This document shows positions 40,966 to 54,944 of a DNA stretch of 64,000 bases, in pieces. The notes below the pieces were generated by a model. That model had not been told where the DNA came from. It ran no database searches and saw nothing but the letters and a program-made list of their open reading frames with translations. Both the position numbers and the translations under genes were made by a program. This stretch comes from Octopus vulgaris (lineage: Eukaryota). The stretch is from the NCBI GenBank assembly GCA_951406725.2, contig OX597820.1, positions 67,952,001 through 68,016,000 of the forward strand, given 5' to 3'. Within the stretch, counting starts at the first letter, position 1, and each line of letters starts with the position of its first letter.

Positions 40966-41060
40966 CAGTGGGTCCTCAATTTACTATTTTGCTTGCGTGG
41001 ACCCTCTAAAATCTTATAGGGAACACCAGGAGTCATATGGACCCTGTCTGAGAACTACTG
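40966..41060. mobile_element. Short hAT-like MITE remnant
   Basis: cagtgggtcctca ... tgagaactactg imperfect TIRs. Confidence 0.4.
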
Positions 41061-41249
41061 CCTTAAACTTTGATAAAGTTATTTATCCTTCGTTTACGTC
41101 GATACAATATCTTATTAAATAAAACTATTTTTAGTTCACGTAACCCAGTACGGTATCTGAAGGAAGAATCATAACTTCATAATACTACAAAGGTACTTAA
41201 ATTATGCAGTTGTTGCTGTTCTTTGCCAGATTTTGTTTTTATCGTCTGC

Positions 41250-41790
41250 TTTGTTTCGTTCATTGCACGGCGGCCATGTTCGTACTCTACCTTGCAAGGT
41301 TTAGTCCAATCAATCGACTACAGTAGTTATTTATAATTCTGTTTCTTATTCTATCGGTTTCTTTTGCCGAACTGATAAGTTAAAGGAACGTAAAACAAAA
41401 AAACAACGCCAGCTGTAAAGCGGCGGGGCTGGGGGAATGAACACAATGCAAACACACGCGCACACACGCACACACACACACACGCACACACACACACACG
41501 CACGCACACACACACACACACACGCACACACACACACACACGCACGCACGCACACACGCACGCACACACACACACACACATCTCTCTCTAATTCTCTCTG
41601 TATATTCGTGTGTTTGTGTGTGTGTGTGTGCTACTTCACAGTTTCCGACTACGAAGTTCACTCACGAGGCTCTTAGTCGGCCAGGGGGTAAAAGTGACTT
41701 GCCCAAGGTACCACGCCGTGGCACTGAACACGAAACCACATGTCTGGAATGTGAGCTTTCTTAACTGCACAGTCATGTTTGAGCCGGTAG
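41250..41790 (-). mobile_element. SINE family A (diverged, internal (CA)n)
   Basis: Homology. Confidence 0.65.
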
Positions 41791-42797
41791 TCTTATAATT
41801 CAAAACAATCCAGCCAGAAGCATCTCGTGTTTGAAGAACATTCAAGACAACAGTATACAGTGTATTTATTTACTTTCCTTAGGCAGTTGAATATAATTTA
41901 CGTGAAATTTGGCTACTATTTCTAGGAGGTCGAGCGACCACATATTACTCTTTTGTACATTGTATATAAATTATACTCGAACTAAAATCGTGACCATTTG
42001 AGTCTCATATTTCGGTGGCCGTAAATTGTACTGTACAAATGTTATTGATAAAATCCTTCTCCCTTGGGCAAACTTCGTCCTCAGTTCATCTGTTATAAAG
42101 AGAAATAAATTATTTAGATTCACCTTTGTGTAAGAACCTACAACGATGTGTCCTAGTGTGATGAAATATATCAACAATGCGAGAAGCGAAAAGCAGCTGA
42201 AAGTGCCGGAATGTTTAGGGATAAAGGTTGGAAGGCATAGAAATGAAGGGAGGTAATTCACAAGCTTGTAGCTAGTGTCTTAAAAGATGTATATGGTAAC
42301 TTGAAGAAATGACATAATATAGTTATATATGTTTGTTTGTAAAACAAAGATATATAGAAGTGGGGAGCTGGTGTTGGTAAAAGAACTGTATATAAAGAAT
42401 GTCAGATAGCGAAATGGTTCTGCATTATACTTCACTGTGAAACAAATTTCGTCCAAGTATATCGTAAATAAGGATCTAAAGGGAGACAACTCGTCCTTAT
42501 TAGTTATTTGCTTATTTCTTTCTTCTGTTGGTTGGCTCTTTGAAAGAATGTTAAACTTTCTTTGGTGTGTATGTGTGTAACGCATGCGCATGCGCACACA
42601 AATACACACACATACACACACGCGTCAAAAAATATACAGTTTTTCATGTGAAGAAAATGTAAAAAATAGACATGTTGCAAAGATAATCAGAACAGAAACG
42701 TTCATTCATATATACATAACTCACCACCCATACATACATACTTGCATACATACATACATACATACATACATATAATATATATACATTATATATATGT

Positions 42798-42838
<41 letters not shown>

Positions 42839-43486
42839 TGAGAATGTGTGTCTGTCTGTCTGTCTGTCTGTGTGTTTCCCTAAAACTTGAGAACTACACA
42901 ACCAATTTCCCAACCCAACCAACCCAAATAGTGACATTAATGCCATAGCGTCGACTGTGTGATGGTAGCTGTGTACAGTCGCCTCAATGTCGCCCAGTGC
43001 GAGCTCTGGTCGCCATAGCATCTTTGCCTCCACTAAATTTATTCTGTCCAGTTACGTATCTGTACAGTGGTCATTTGCAAACTCCAGAGGTGACACTTTC
43101 ATTTCTCCTTGTCGACTGTGGGCTGCTAGCTGTGGACGGTCGACCCAACGTCGCCCAGAGCGAGCTCTGGCTGGTATGATGCTATAGCAGAAGACACATG
43201 CCAAGTTACCATACAGTGGGACTGAACTGAGGACCAAGTTTGTTACCACACAGCGACACCTGCACCTGTGTGTGTGTGGGGGGGGGGGTCGGGGGAGGGT
43301 GTATCGGTATGTGTGTATGGGTGTATATATGTATGCATGTATATATGTGTATATATATATGTGTGTACATATTACATGTACAGCTATATATACATCTAGA
43401 ATACATGTATACATATACATCTATAAAAATACACCTATACATATACAGCTATACATATACATCAGTATATATACATGTATTTATAA

Positions 43487-43517
<31 letters not shown>

Positions 43518-43521
43518 TATG

Positions 43522-43553
<32 letters not shown>

Positions 43554-43568
43554 CATATGTATATATAT

Positions 43569-43660
<92 letters not shown>

Positions 43661-43664
<4 letters not shown>

Positions 43665-43851
43665 CTAGTCGCCATGATAGATCGTTAGCCACTACACACA
43701 TTTTTTCTCCTTGTTTTTTCTGTGTCCCTTTCTGTAGAAGAGCGTAGGTTCGAAACGTAAACGATTTTTCTATTCCTGAGCGTTGTACTAATACATCTGT
43801 TTGTTTTGTACACCACCTGTCTTCGTCTTTTGGTTTTTCGTAAAGTCTCCC

Positions 43852-43853
<2 letters not shown>
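43661..43853 (+). mobile_element. Penelope-like terminal-repeat fragment with hammerhead-like motif (~43728-43762)
   Basis: Homolog of 8500-8650 with (TA)n on both sides. Confidence 0.55.
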
Positions 43854-43883
<30 letters not shown>

Positions 43884-43895
43884 CGTATATGTATG

Positions 43896-43950
<55 letters not shown>

Positions 43951-44060
43951 GTATGTATATATATATGTATATGTCTGCATATATATGCATATGTATATAT
44001 GTATATATATGTATGTATGTATATATATATATGTATGTATGTATATATATATGTATGTAG

Positions 44061-44091
<31 letters not shown>

Positions 44092-44131
44092 TGTATGTAT
44101 ATATGTATGTATGTATATGTATGTATGTATG

Positions 44132-44162
<31 letters not shown>

Positions 44163-44192
44163 ATATATATGTATACGTATGTATATATATAT

Positions 44193-44226
<34 letters not shown>

Positions 44227-44414
44227 ATGTATGTATATATATATGTATACGTATATATATATATATATATATATATGTGTATATGTATATATATATATAT
44301 ATGTATATATATATGTGTGTATATGGATATAGATGTACATGTATATATATATTTATATGTATATGTATATATGTATATATATATCCAAATATATATATAC
44401 CCATATATATATAT

Positions 44415-44492
<78 letters not shown>

Positions 44493-44495
44493 ATA
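43853..44495. repeat. Long interrupted (TA)n/(TATG)n tract
   Basis: Direct reading. Confidence 0.95.
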
Positions 44496-44562
44496 TAAAG
44501 TTAATCCAAACATGAAAGCACAAAAAAAAACACAACAATGCGAGGACGTGGAACAAATATAT

Positions 44563-44795
44563 ATTTCTTTACTACCCACAAGGGTATAAACATAGAGGGG
44601 ACAAACAAGGACAGACAAAGGGATTAAGTCGATTACATCGACCCCAATGCGTAACTGGTACTTAATTTATCGACCCCCGAAAGGATGAAAGGCAAAGTCG
44701 ACCTCGGCGGAATTTGAACCCAGAACATTTAACGGCAGACGAAATACGGCTACGCATTTCGCCCGGCGTGCTAACGTTTCTGCCAGCTCGCCGCC
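44563..44795 (-). mobile_element. SINE family B inserted in a Penelope-like fragment
   Basis: Reverse-complement homolog of 37686-37915. Confidence 0.85.
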
Positions 44796-44846
44796 CTAAC
44801 ACATATTGTATTATTGGACGCTCAGGAAAGAAGGAAAGAAGGGGGG

Positions 44847-44881
44847 GTTTAACGTTTCGAGCGGAGCTCTTCGTCGGAAAC
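44847..44881 (-). ncRNA. Minimal type I hammerhead motif of Penelope-like type
   Basis: Minus strand reads GUUU-CCGACGA-A-GAGC(UCC)GCUC-GAAA-CG-UU-AAAC: 4-bp stem I, 4-bp stem II, palindromic ACGU mini stem III. Confidence 0.65.
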
Positions 44882-45013
44882 ATAGGAGAAGGAAAGATCC
44901 AGAGAAGGGAAGACAGAGGAAAAAATCGCCAACGGTATCCACGCGGTCACATTTTGAATGGATATGGATATATATATATATATCCATATATATCTATATA
45001 TGGATACATATAT

Positions 45014-45057
<44 letters not shown>

Positions 45058-45104
45058 TATTTATATATGTAGATATATATATATCTATATATATCTATAT
45101 ATAA

Positions 45105-45965
45105 AACTTAGATAAAACTTAGATATGTTTCGACCAAAGATTGGTCCAGGCCATGTCCAGCTTAATAGCACCACCTTATAGGATTATCTAAATCCTGTTT
45201 AAGTCAAGTTTTGTTTATGGTCCATTCAAGTAGTGAGTTTTTGTTGGGTGAGTTGTATTTCAATTATGGGTTGCTTATCTGGTATTCCTTGAAGGAATCT
45301 ATCCAGACTCCGTTTAAAGTTGATGGGATCCTTTTCCTCTTTGATCTCTTTCGGGACAATGTTAAATAGGGCAGGGCCTGTTGAGGAAAAGAAATTATGT
45401 TGCAGTGTACATGTATGCTGTAATCTTGAATTGGGCAAGGGACGTATGGTCTGTGGTCCCAGTCTTGGATGAACCTTGAAGCTAATGTTCAGGTCATTTG
45501 GGCAAAGTTGGCGGTATATTCTCCACATTATACAAATGATTTACCGCTCACGGCGACGCTGGAGAGAGTAGAGTTTCAAGGCTTTAAGGCGGTCCCATTA
45601 ATCGAGAGCAACCATGCCTTTAATTCGTTTAGTGAGTGCCCTCTGGAGTGATTCAATCCTCGAGATGCTTTGTCTTGTATGGGGAGACCACAGTGGGCAG
45701 CAGTATTCGAGGTGTGGCCGTACAAAGGAGGAGAAAAGTGGTATGATGACACCTTGTTCTCTGGACCGGAAAGTTCTTCAGATCCAGGAACTCATCCTAC
45801 GAGCTATATCGACCTTATCGTTGATGTGTGCACTCTAACTGAGATCGTCATCAACAATTACACCCAGGTCTCTGATATTGTTAGAGGCTGTAAGCGGTTC
45901 CCCTGAAGGAAGAGAGTATGGCTGTTTTAGTGAGGAATTTCTTCCAAAATGCATCAGCTCAAAAA
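45105..45965 (-). mobile_element. CR1/L2-type LINE 3' fragment (RT C-terminus plus tail)
   Basis: IRDLGVIVDDDLS, FVRPHLEYCCPLWSP, RLKALKLYSLQRRRER, GPALFNIVP..FKRSLDRFLQGIPD; 3' stem-loop gaccaa-tct-ttggtc and short tandem tail. Confidence 0.85.
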
Positions 45966-46134
45966 ATCCAACATCTACGGAATGAGGATAATAACGTAGC
46001 TTTCGCACCCGTGCAACCGCCAGTCTATCGCGTGTGGTGGGTGGATCTTCAAGTTGCCACACACATTCCTAGTAGCTTAGAGTAGGCTCGAATTAGAGAT
46101 TATCCTTTGTGGCTAATGGCGTGAGACCTGATTG

Positions 46135-46228
46135 GAAGAAGAAGAAGAAGAAGAAGAAGAAGAAGAAGAAGAAGAAGAAGAAGAAGAAGAAGAAGAAGAA
46201 GAAGAAAAAGGAGGAGGAGGAGGAGGAG
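46135..46228. repeat. (GAA)n/(GAG)n microsatellite, possibly a retroelement tail
   Basis: Direct reading. Confidence 0.9.
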
Positions 46229-46494
46229 ACAGCAGCACGAGCAGCTTCAGTAGTTATTTTTATGCTGTGCAGATTCAAACGCTCTTTAGTTTGGCCTATG
46301 TTTGCTAATGAAATAAGCTATATCCACTTTTTGCATTGCTTTCAGGACAACACTCCTATATACATATCTCTTTACTCTTTACTCTTTTATTTGTTTCAGT
46401 CATTTGACTGCAGCCATGCTAGAGCACCGCCTTTAGTCGAGCAAATCGACCTCAGGACTTATTCTTTGTAAGCCTAGTACTTAAGCTTAATCAA

Positions 46495-46840
46495 TGTTGT
46501 TATCGTGCAATGCCTGTGCAAGAAGATTTTTTTTTAAGTGAGGAAAGGTTGTGCACTGAGTCAATCCCACTCACTAAGCAACAGCAGCCATAATCCGAAA
46601 AGAAGAACAAGTCAACATCATCGGTAACCACTGAGCCGCAGGTTTTATGTCGGAGTTATCCCAGTTACCTGAGTTACCTTCTCCTAGAAGGATGCCCTAA
46701 CAAAGACTAGGAGTCCTTCACCCCTAATGGTTTAACCGCGCGATCAGGTATTCAGTCCGATTATTTCTATGTCCCCGCGCATGATACAGCCTGAAGACAT
46801 TTATTGGATGGCCGTTGACTCTCAAGAGTTCCTCCTGCGA
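46495..46840 (-). mobile_element. Probable RTE-type LINE 5' UTR fragment
   Basis: Minus strand ctagtctttgttagggcatccttctaggagaaggtaactc...aaacc resembles RTE 5' UTR motifs; recognised from memory only. Confidence 0.35.
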
Positions 46841-46996
46841 CATACATACATACATACATACATACATACATACATACATACATACATGCATATATACATA
46901 CATACATACATAAATACATACATACATACATACATACATACATACATACATACATACATGCCTACATACATACGACACATACATACATACATACAT

Positions 46997-47031
<35 letters not shown>

Positions 47032-47130
47032 AACAGACAGACAAACAGACAGACATACATAAAGCACTCATACATACATACATACATACATACATACATA
47101 CATACACATATACATATAGACATACATACA

Positions 47131-47360
47131 TCTTCAACGGGAATGTAAACCTACCATTTGCGGAGTGTTTCACCCTTGCGCCAGATAGAGGTCCTCGTGG
47201 GCATGATCGCAAAGTCTATCCCTGACACTTTCGACTCAACAAGCAGAAGGTCGCATTCTGTATCGCAGCCCCGTGGAACAGGCTACCACAAGATGTCATT
47301 CAACTGCCCACCACTCCCTTGTTCAAAGAGCCTCTGGACAGCTGGCGACTGTGTATAAAA
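47131..47360 (+). mobile_element. CR1-type LINE C-terminal remnant
   Basis: FNGNVNLPFAECFTLAPDRGPRGHDRKV...PWNRLPQDVIN (RGH..K..WNxLP pattern). Confidence 0.6.
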
Positions 47361-47663
47361 CTGTATATAACAATAACTGTTTTTTTTTACATGGTTTAAG
47401 CACATTGTGCTCTCCTCGTGCCAATAAATTTGATTTGATACACACACATACACACACATACATACATGCACACATCCACCCATCCATACTTGCATGCATA
47501 CCTACCTACCTACCTACATACATATATACATAATGGAAGTCTGTCGGGGTTCGACAATGACGTCAGTGAAGCCGGAGGTGGGAGCGGAACCCAAAGGCGG
47601 ACGCGCAAACGCGGCCACATGTTTGGCACGTAACATACATGCATACATACATACATACATACA

Positions 47664-47833
<170 letters not shown>

Positions 47834-48369
47834 CATACCAGCGTTTACTACTCAGAGAAGGTTTTTTTAATTAGAAGTTTACTCTTCCTTTTGCCGCAAA
47901 TTGCCATACAAACCTTTGGCATATTTTTTATGTCTAAAAATATCGGCATAATGCGTCGATTCTGATCTTCGATACATGACACAAGAACTGGTCCATTTTA
48001 AGCATTACATAAAGTCTCTAATGAGAAAATTTCCAAACAGTTAAGGGAGTAACATATTGAGTACCTAACGTATTACTCTCTCTTCTGTTATGTACTGTTT
48101 TCATTGTAGGCTTTTCAATTTTTAATGTTTTAGCAATGTGACTGATTTGTTTTTATCCCGCATCAATTCCTTTCAAAACGTCAAATATAAAAATATACTA
48201 TTATAAAATATAAAAGCTACTATTTCATTCCTATGGATGTAACTAGGAAAATAAGATAAAAAACTGAAGGAGTACGGTCAGGTTTATGAGCTCTTCACCC
48301 CTCGCACTTTTACTTCAGCTATTACAATTTCTAACTCTATGTATAGACACGAGCGCACACATACACACA

Positions 48370-48702
48370 CATCATTCATCATCATTGTTCGACCGTGGTC
48401 GAGACAATGGAATTTACCATGCTACGCCAGACTTCACGGTCCATCATGGCATTACGGAGGTCCTGTGTTGCTGGATGCCTGTATCCCTGGAGATTACATC
48501 AGGGTAGGAGAGTGTGCGCCCTCTGGTATTGCGAGTAGATGGCTTCCAGAGGAGAAGAGTAGAAATTACTTCTTTTTCAGCTCTACAACAATGTCCAGCA
48601 AACTGGACTCTCCTACCTTTCACAAGAGATGACACAGGTGGTAGTTTCCCATATATTTGCATTTTGGTTGGATGGCGCTTCCACGAGAGATTTTGAGCTC
48701 TC
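48370..48702 (-). mobile_element. RTE-type LINE 3' fragment
   Basis: ORF 48444-48761: LSWKRHPTKMQIYGKLPPVSSLVKGRRVQFAGHCCR...; (GAT)n-like tail. Confidence 0.75.
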
Positions 48703-49132
48703 ATACACACACTTGCACGCACAAACACACGCACGCATACCATTGTGTTGACATATAACATATGTAGCTACAGACATTGGTATTACGCAGTTACTGTTAT
48801 TGCTCTTGCCAGTTGGTAATTCAAAAGTTGTTCTGTTCGTTGTAGTGTTGGTGTTGGTTGTATAGGTTTTGATACTGGTGACAGTAATGACGGCAGTGAT
48901 GGGAGTATTGGTGGCAGTGCTCATAATATTCATTTTGATTGTTTTATTGATTCTTAGTCTGCAGTCAATCTTCATTGACCGAAGGTCATGGACATTTCTT
49001 TCAGCATTTAAAATACACTAAATTACCATATTATCTCGCGTGATTGATTATTGCATATATTGTCCGTACATTTATTGCTGTTGCTGCTGGTTGTGTGAGT
49101 GCTGATGATAGTGGTGATGGTGAAAGTCAATT

Positions 49133-49180
<48 letters not shown>

Positions 49181-49560
49181 ACCCAGAAATCGAAAACAGA
49201 GAGTTGCTTATTTGCAAAAAAAAAAAAAAAAAAAAAGAAATATAAAATGTGACTTCATTGACCGAGGTTACCGTGGTCTTTTCCGTAGGCTTTTCTTCCC
49301 ACGGGTAAACCTCACCTGTCCTCCCCTTTACACTTCATATTGACATTTCTGTGATAACGATCCCTATTGATCATTTTTTTTTCCTCCCCCCCCTTTTTTT
49401 TTTTAACCCCCCTTTTTTTTGTCCTCTTTCTCTCCTTTTACGATCCCTTTTGATCGAAACTCCCCTCTCCTATTTTTTTTTTTTTTAAACCTTCAAAAGA
49501 AAAGCTCTACCTTGTAATTTGTTCTATCTGTGTGCAGCCCTGTGTGGCTAATAAAGAAAC
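49181..49560 (+). mobile_element. Retroelement 3' UTR fragment inserted in (CTAT)n
   Basis: Pyrimidine-rich body ending in stem-loop agcc-ctgtgt-ggct plus AATAAA, with (CTAT)n on both sides. Confidence 0.5.
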
Positions 49561-49561
49561 A

Positions 49562-49623
<62 letters not shown>

Positions 49624-49656
49624 CCTACCTACCTACCTACCTACCTACCTACCTAC

Positions 49657-49693
<37 letters not shown>

Positions 49694-49710
49694 CATCCAT
49701 CCATCCATCC

Positions 49711-49804
<94 letters not shown>

Positions 49805-49956
49805 ATATTTATCTATCTATCTGTATGTCTATATGGAACCAGGATTAACATAGACAGATAAATAGAGACAGACAAACAGACAGACAGATAGATAGATAAA
49901 TAGATAGGTAGAAAAATAGATGGATAGATTGATAGATAGATAGATAGATAGATAGG

Positions 49957-50038
<82 letters not shown>
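49561..50038. repeat. (CTAT)n tract followed by its complement (GATA)n, a potential fold-back
   Basis: Direct reading. Confidence 0.85.
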
Positions 50039-50572
50039 CTAATCATAGTAACTCTAGAAAATACACTGGCACGGGGAAAAAAACGTGAAAAATGCCACCC
50101 CACGCCTTGTAAGAGTTTATAGCGACACGTACAGAAAACCTTGCTCGCACACACACACACACATTATGTGTGTGTCTTTGTGTCGTTGCGTATAATTATA
50201 TATGTACATGTATATACCATGAATATAGTTTTTTTTTTCAAATTAACTACTTTGATCTTAGCTTAAGCACCGAGAGTGGACTTTTGACTAATAAGAAAGT
50301 GTGGTTCTGAAATTCTGAAAATATATCCGAGTTTCCGTGAAATACTGTAACCAGAGATAGTCATAACGCGGATCTCTCTTCCTCTTTCTGTGTGTGTGTG
50401 TGTGTGTGTCTGTGTGTATATATATATATGTATGCATGTATACACATATATATAAATATGTATATATACATATATATACATACACACATAAATTTATATC
50501 TATATATGCGTGTGTGTGTGTATGCATATATGTATATATATATATATACACATATATATATATATACATATA

Positions 50573-50613
<41 letters not shown>

Positions 50614-50653
50614 ACACACACACATATGTATATATATATATATATACATGTAT

Positions 50654-50688
<35 letters not shown>

Positions 50689-50797
50689 AATATATGTATA
50701 TTTATGCAAATGTATGCAAATATGTATGTATGTATATATATGAAATGGAGAGAGAGGGAGAGAGGGAGAGAGAGAGAAAGAGAGAAAGAGAGAAAGA

Positions 50798-50855
<58 letters not shown>

Positions 50856-51329
50856 AGGAGGGATCTTTAACATTATCACTATCATGCCGTATGTAATCTA
50901 AGTCCTGAAGCGCCGAGAAGTTAAAATGAGAAACTTCAGTGCATTTCTTCGTTCTTTAATCTTAACTTATCTAACTTTAAATTTCGCTTACCTCCATAAA
51001 CAAATTCTGGAAGTAAAGGCGATTAGAAATATCTCTCTTGAGATATTTACGAACCTTTGAATATAACGACAATGTTTATCTCGGCATTTCCACCTTTGAT
51101 ATTTAATTGATCTGCTATTACTAACTACTTTTATTTATTGACTTAGCAAGCAACAAGGATTTTCTCCATCATAGATACAGATATGAAGCTGGTGTAGGAA
51201 TGTCAATTATGTTGGAATATGACTGTTCGTACGAAATTTCCAACGGTTTCTTTTTACGTTGTTCAAGCTACTTCATTAATCTTCGTGACTGTAAACAGGT
51301 GATACGTACTGTATAGCACTAAGGCTATC

Positions 51330-51740
51330 AACATCAGACATGACCTAGGATGGTCGGGTCATGTTTACTGCATGAATAGCACAAGACTGCCACGTCAAAT
51401 CCTTTACAACGAACTCAGCACCGTTAAGAGACCACGCGGGCTTCCCATGTGATGGATGCAACAGACACCAATTGAAACAGACGATGAAGAGACTCAACAT
51501 TACATTGATCATAAATCCTGGGGAGAACACGCAGATGACAGATCAGCCTGGCGTCATATCCTCAAGATGGGCTTCGAACATTTTCAAAGACATTGACAAA
51601 GAAATGAAGAAGATAAAGGGCAATGACAAAAGACCTGCAAATTCAAACCAAGGCATCAGCCATCAAATGTGACGTCTGTGAACTAGTGTTGCATGCAAAA
51701 TTCAGTTTTGCCAGCCATCAGAGGCACCGGTATAAATGAG
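51330..51740 (+). mobile_element. RTE-clade LINE RT C-terminal remnant
   Basis: LGWSGHVYCMNSTRLPRQILYNEL...RPRG...SWGEHADDRSAWR, plus C2H2-like CDVC...ASHQRH. Confidence 0.75.
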
Positions 51741-53759
51741 AAAGCATTAACTAAGAAAGGAATATTCGGAACCGAGAAGTTGGCGACCACGACGACTATA
51801 TACAACTGACAAACAGCTATATGATAGCAGTGTAGGACGATCTCCGCTTGCAGCACCAAGAATTAGCCTCCACACTCAACAACATAAATATCCTATGTAC
51901 TTAGAAGAGGAACACACTATGTGTTACAAACTATACAGTTGCAATTATTTACAAAACGCATAGCAGACGCAGTAAAGACAAGAAAACGAGGCACAAACTA
52001 ATAACAATAACAGTTACTATATATATTGACAGAAGAAACAATATGTGTAAATAATAACTTCGACCCATCAGGACAACAAATCACTAGAAAAACTAGGAAG
52101 CACACTAAACAGGGTACTATAGACCATCACAAAGTTTACGCAAATCACGTTAGCTGCATAATGGGGGAAAAACGTTAAAAACAAAAAATTACCTCGACAT
52201 GCGAGGGGCACAGTTTGTTACAGCATTAATTAAAACAGTTACTGTTACGACACACAAGTTCACCTTCAGAAAACTACTCGAACAGCATCCAGAAAATATC
52301 ATCTCCCTCACCAATCCCAAACTCTGTACATTTTATTAGATTGTTCCAGTTGAAGGGCCTGTGCTTGTAAACTTTCCAGGTCCTTCGTGGGCCATCTTAT
52401 CAGAAGGGATAACTGAATATACAGAAATATACTCGGGTCAACCCGGTCAAATGTTACTCTGTAGCAGTTAATGTGTTACTTGATAATCATTCAAATGGGC
52501 CAAAGTAAACTATTTAGCGGGATTCATAATTCTTTGGGCAACTAAACACGACCAGGTATCACAGATATGAAAAAGGAATCATATCTAAATTGTAAATTTA
52601 GCTTGTGAGAAGTAATTGCTGCATCATGTGTTATCAGTTATGATATTCGAAATGTAATAAATTTTATGGCAGCTGTTTAAAGATGCGTTTACAGTGTTAT
52701 ACTCACAATCTCAAGATCGTGGTTTCAATTCTCGGATTGGGCACTGCGTTGTGTTCTTGAGCGAAACACTTTATTTCACATTCCTCTAGTCTACTCAACT
52801 CTCAATGAATTAACCTTGCGAATGGCTGGCGTCCCGTTCGGGATGAGTGTTGTGATATCAGTCACTTATACACCATAGAAATCGGGTAACCGAACCTACA
52901 AATCCTAGAACTCGATACAGTGATGACCGAGGGGCGATGATGATGATGTTTAAACGAATGATATATCGCAAATGATCAGGAAAACTTTTTACCAGATGCT
53001 ACAACAGACGTCCTACCAGATGTCATAACATATACGACGAGTTAACGCGGGCTATTCTGCCCTATAAAGAATAAATTTTATACCAGATGCTCTAATACAA
53101 TATCATGATGCACCAGATGTTTACTTTGATAATATGAATTACTATTTCAAGGTTATGCCATATGTTTCATTAATATTTTCCCTAGAATTTTGCACATGTC
53201 TATGATATTCAAATATATACATTTTTTCTAATATGCCAAGAGGATTTCTTTTGTGTTGTGTCTTAAAAAGATTTAAATAATTAAAGATTTCGGATTTCAG
53301 TTGCTACATCTCTGAAGAATTAACTATAAAATGATATTTAATAATTAGCAGTTTAGTGCGTAAATGTAGAACTGAACTGGTCGAGTGAATAAGTTATCTT
53401 ATGAGTCGTGAATATAAATCAATTGGCAGCATTTCGTTGTGCATCTAGGGCAGGACACTTTATATGGCACGTTACGGTTGATTTAATTATTGTCTTAATG
53501 TCTTTGTCACCCTGAAGGAATGACAACGACCGTTAGTTAGCTCCGATTCCTTCATACTTAACCGGCATAATGTAAACGTCAATCATTCTAGTGTGACATT
53601 TGCAATTGAGATATTTGTGGAAGGCTAGATTTAACGAGGCACATAAAATTACTCGTGCTAGTAAGGAGAAAGACAGAACGAAGCACCTACGTTGAGTTTT
53701 AACAAAGAACGTGGATGCTGCTGGTCCACAAAGCTTTTCGTCTCGCTAGTCTAGTTTTA

Positions 53760-53988
53760 TTTTATTTGTTGCAGTTATTGGACTACGGCCATGCTGGGGC
53801 CACCACATTGAATGGTTAGAACAAATCGCCCCCAGTACTTGTTTCTAAGTCTGGTACTTATTCTAACAGTCAATTTTTGCCAAACAGGCAAATAAACCAG
53901 GTACATAAACAGACCAATACCAGTTGTCGAGCGATGGTGGCGAGATAAACACAAAACAATGACACACACACACACACACATATATATG

Positions 53989-54073
<85 letters not shown>

Positions 54074-54176
54074 GACAGGCTTCTTTACAGGTGCCGTCTC
54101 CCAAATTCACTGATAAAGCATTGATCGGCTTGGGACAACTGTATAAGAAGCCATACAGTGGGACTGAACCCGAGCT
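53760..54176 (-). mobile_element. SINE family A (diverged)
   Basis: Homology. Confidence 0.7.
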
Positions 54177-54944
54177 ATGAATTGATTACATCTACCGTAA
54201 TCTATCATTAAAAAAAAGGATAAGGAAAAGAAGCATCATTTCGCAATAATTCGATGCATATTTTGCTTTTAGATTACCTCATCACACACGCACGCGCATA
54301 TGCGTGCGACGAATTTCCCCTATGAGTTCATTTCCCAAATCATTTTTCTGTTACATCGTCAAATTATCCTACTTTAAGATAATTTCTTCAAACTATATAG
54401 AGCCAAATCTTGAAAGATGAGTAAGATACGATACATCGGCTGCTCGAATGATTGTCAGCTATCCCATTCTATCTATCATTTGTGTCTCAAATGAAAATTT
54501 TACACCAACAAGAAAATTGCAGCAAAGCTGCGTGGTAGCGGTGTCAGACGTGACATGCAGACCATCATATAGTTTGCTTCACAAGGTGTTTTTATTCTTC
54601 TCTTCCGGTTTACGAGTTCAGTGTGCATATGCGCATTGCGTGTTCATTCTTCTTTTACCGGTTCCAACTCAAAACTCTTTACAGTTCACAACCATCTCAC
54701 GAACTGCGTTCGTGAGGAGTGGTTCGTGCTCCATGTTTGTGAAAAAAATCAGTTCACTGGAAAGTTTACATTAGTATTTACAAAAACAACACTACGAACT
54801 AAATATGGTTCTTAAATCTGACGAGAAGAAGCGAGGTTGTACGTTGCTGTAAATGGTAGCACATTTGTCGCGAAAACAACGAGATATGTGATCGTGTCCC
54901 ACGCGTATGGGAAAACCTACATTTTTTTTCCGTCGAAGGGTTAT

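Larger units (their letters stand above)
44497..44960 (-). mobile_element. Penelope-like terminal-repeat fragment containing a minimal hammerhead, interrupted by a SINE
   Basis: Bounded by TA-rich tracts; contains motif 44847-44881; a related short piece lies at ~34727-34782 in the opposite orientation. Confidence 0.5.

Noticed and set aside
45125-45160. Hairpin followed by GAAAC on the minus strand resembling half a hammerhead
   Set aside because: Lacks the CUGANGA core; better explained as the 3' stem-loop of the CR1/L2-type LINE.
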